Source: Pseudodesulfovibrio mercurii (GTDB lineage: Bacteria; Desulfobacterota; Desulfovibrionia; Desulfovibrionales; Desulfovibrionaceae). From it: a stretch of 32,000 nucleotides of DNA. A program made the translations under genes and the position numbers. Shown here one piece after another: positions 30,902 to 32,000 of the stretch; position 1 is the first letter of the stretch; the number at the start of each line of letters is the position of its first letter. The notes under the pieces were generated by a model. That model was not told the origin of the DNA and ran no database searches. It saw nothing but the letters and a program-made list of their open reading frames with translations. The DNA is taken from contig NC_016803.1 of NCBI RefSeq assembly GCF_000189295.2, forward strand, positions 750,001-782,000, in the 5' to 3' direction.

Positions 30902-31549
30902 TCAGGCGGCGCGTTTTTCCGCGACCACCGTTTCGCCCGCGACGGTCTTCTGACCGACGCTGACAGTTGGTACATAGCCATCCGGAATGTAAAGGTCAAC
31001 TCTTGATCCGAACTTAATAAGACCATACCGCTCGCCGCGCTTGAGCTTGTCGCCCGGCTCGGCCCAGCAGACGATGCGCCGGGCGATCAGCCCCGCGATC
31101 TGGACCATGGTGAACCGCTGGTTGCCCTTGCCGGTGACCACCAGGATGTTGCGCTCGTTGTCCTCGCTGGCCTTGTCGAAGGAGGCGTTGAAGAACTTGC
31201 CCGGAATGTAGCGGATGGTCTCGACCTTGCCGCTGACCGGCATGCGGTTCACGTGCACGTTGAGCATGTTCATGAAGATGGCGATGTACTGGCGGGTTTC
31301 CCCGGTGACGGGGTCCACGGCCCGGCCGACCTTGATGACCTTGCCGTCCGCCGGGGCGGACACGGCCTCGGCGTCCTCCGGACCGACCCGCTCGGGGTCG
31401 CGGAAGAAGTGCCCGATGAAGGCGGTGGCGGCCAGCCCGAGGACGGCCATGGGCCAGCAGCCGATGATGGCGAAGATCAGAGTGGTGAATGCCGCGATGA
31501 TGATATAGGGCAGCCCTTCCAGGGCGACGCCGACAGACGGTTTCAACAT
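30902..31549 (-). CDS. psd: Phosphatidylserine decarboxylase proenzyme (short form).
   Basis: Track ORF trimmed to ATG 31549. There are two N-terminal TM segments, then FFRDPER, SPADGKV and the pyruvoyl-forming site region LIKFGSRVD. Confidence 0.9.
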   Translation of the reverse strand: MLKPSVGVALEGLPYIIIAAFTTLIFAIIGCWPMAVLGLAATAFIGHFFRDPERVGPEDAEAVSAPADGKVIKVGRAVDPVTGETRQYIAIFMNMLNVHVNRMPVSGKVETIRYIPGKFFNASFDKASEDNERNILVVTGKGNQRFTMVQIAGLIARRIVCWAEPGDKLKRGERYGLIKFGSRVDLYIPDGYVPTVSVGQKTVAGETVVAEKRAA

Positions 31550-31656
31550 GGCGCGTCGTGCTCCTTTTATACGAAGTTTCCGCTCCTTACCCTTGGCTCC
31601 CTCAAACCGCAAGTTTGTTTTTTACAATATATTCGCCGCAAGGTATACCCCCATCC

Positions 31657-32000
31657 ATGGACCCGGTCACGCACCTCTCCTCGGGCCTCATGGGCGGCCT
31701 GGCCGCGCGCAGGTGGTTTCCCGAAGCGAAATTCCTGCTGCCCGCCTGCGTGCTCGCGGCCTGGATTCCCGACGCGGACATCCTCTTCAGCGACGGCCCG
31801 GAGTTCAACCTGCTCTACCACCGGGGAGTCAGCACCTCCTTTTTCGGCACCCTGGTCCTGGCGCTGGCCCTGGCCGGGCTGTACAAGCTCGTTTCCCGGC
31901 GCACCCCGTTCGTGAAGATCGCCGCCCTGTTCTACGCCCTGACCCTGACCCACGTCTGGCTCGACCTGATCACCACCTACGGCACCCAGCTCCTCGCGCC
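31657..32000 (+). CDS. Membrane-bound metal-dependent hydrolase, YdjM/DUF457-like. C-terminus lies outside the window.
   Basis: My own translation from ATG 31657: MDPVTHLSSGLMGGLAARRWFPEAKFLLPACVLAAWIPDADILF...YHRGVSTSFFG...THVWLDLITTYGTQLLA. This ORF is not in the track because no stop falls in the window. Confidence 0.7.
   Translation, partial: MDPVTHLSSGLMGGLAARRWFPEAKFLLPACVLAAWIPDADILFSDGPEFNLLYHRGVSTSFFGTLVLALALAGLYKLVSRRTPFVKIAALFYALTLTHVWLDLITTYGTQLLA

Overview
High-GC, gene-dense chromosomal window. Gene content and codon bias suggest a sulfate-reducing deltaproteobacterium (Desulfovibrionaceae-like), but that is inference only. I support 33 CDS and found no rRNA, tRNA, CRISPR array, transposase or integrase.

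Layout from left to right:
- 1-4532: a sulfatase locus with a secreted HAD hydrolase, a Cys-type arylsulfatase, a divergent LysR regulator and a beta-barrel-like outer-membrane protein.
- 4690-11860: a tungsten island. It holds an orphan protein with a MoaD-like beta-grasp segment, a W-type aldehyde:ferredoxin oxidoreductase, a GG-terminated MoaD/ThiS protein, an E1-like ThiF protein, a short ModE-like regulator, tupABC and a MobB fused to a Cys-rich domain.
- 11864-14291: trmL, rfbB and rfbD.
- 14299-17058: a 919-aa protein combining zinc ribbons, a SulP transporter, STAS and a cNMP-binding domain.
- 17334-18239: a GT2 glycosyltransferase.
- 18687-24038: a minus-strand block of ABC-F, NUDIX, metF, asd and a class IV aminotransferase.
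- 24138-25238: a GIY-YIG protein and two overlapping genes for membrane-anchored coiled-coil proteins.
- 25301-31549: minus-strand psd, pssA, leuA, leuC, leuD and leuB.
- 31657-32000: a partial YdjM-like hydrolase.

Best candidate for something undescribed: the AOR-linked ubiquitin-like/E1-like pair together with the divergently transcribed orphan gene. The orphan's N-terminal half resembles the neighbouring MoaD-like protein (IKDGDRMGL versus IKDGDRVGL) but carries a roughly 100-aa extension instead of a free GG end. A 24-bp inverted-repeat candidate operator sits in the orphan/aor promoter region and recurs at the promoter of the ModE-like/tup operon.

Second notable signal: a family of long polypurine/polypyrimidine hairpin repeats. 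Two copies of about 100 nt lie 8 kb apart and show mirrored substitutions in both stem arms. One copy is part of a 268-bp inverted-repeat-flanked insert that splits leuD from leuB.

Many long ORFs in the supplied track are antisense shadows of real genes and were rejected.
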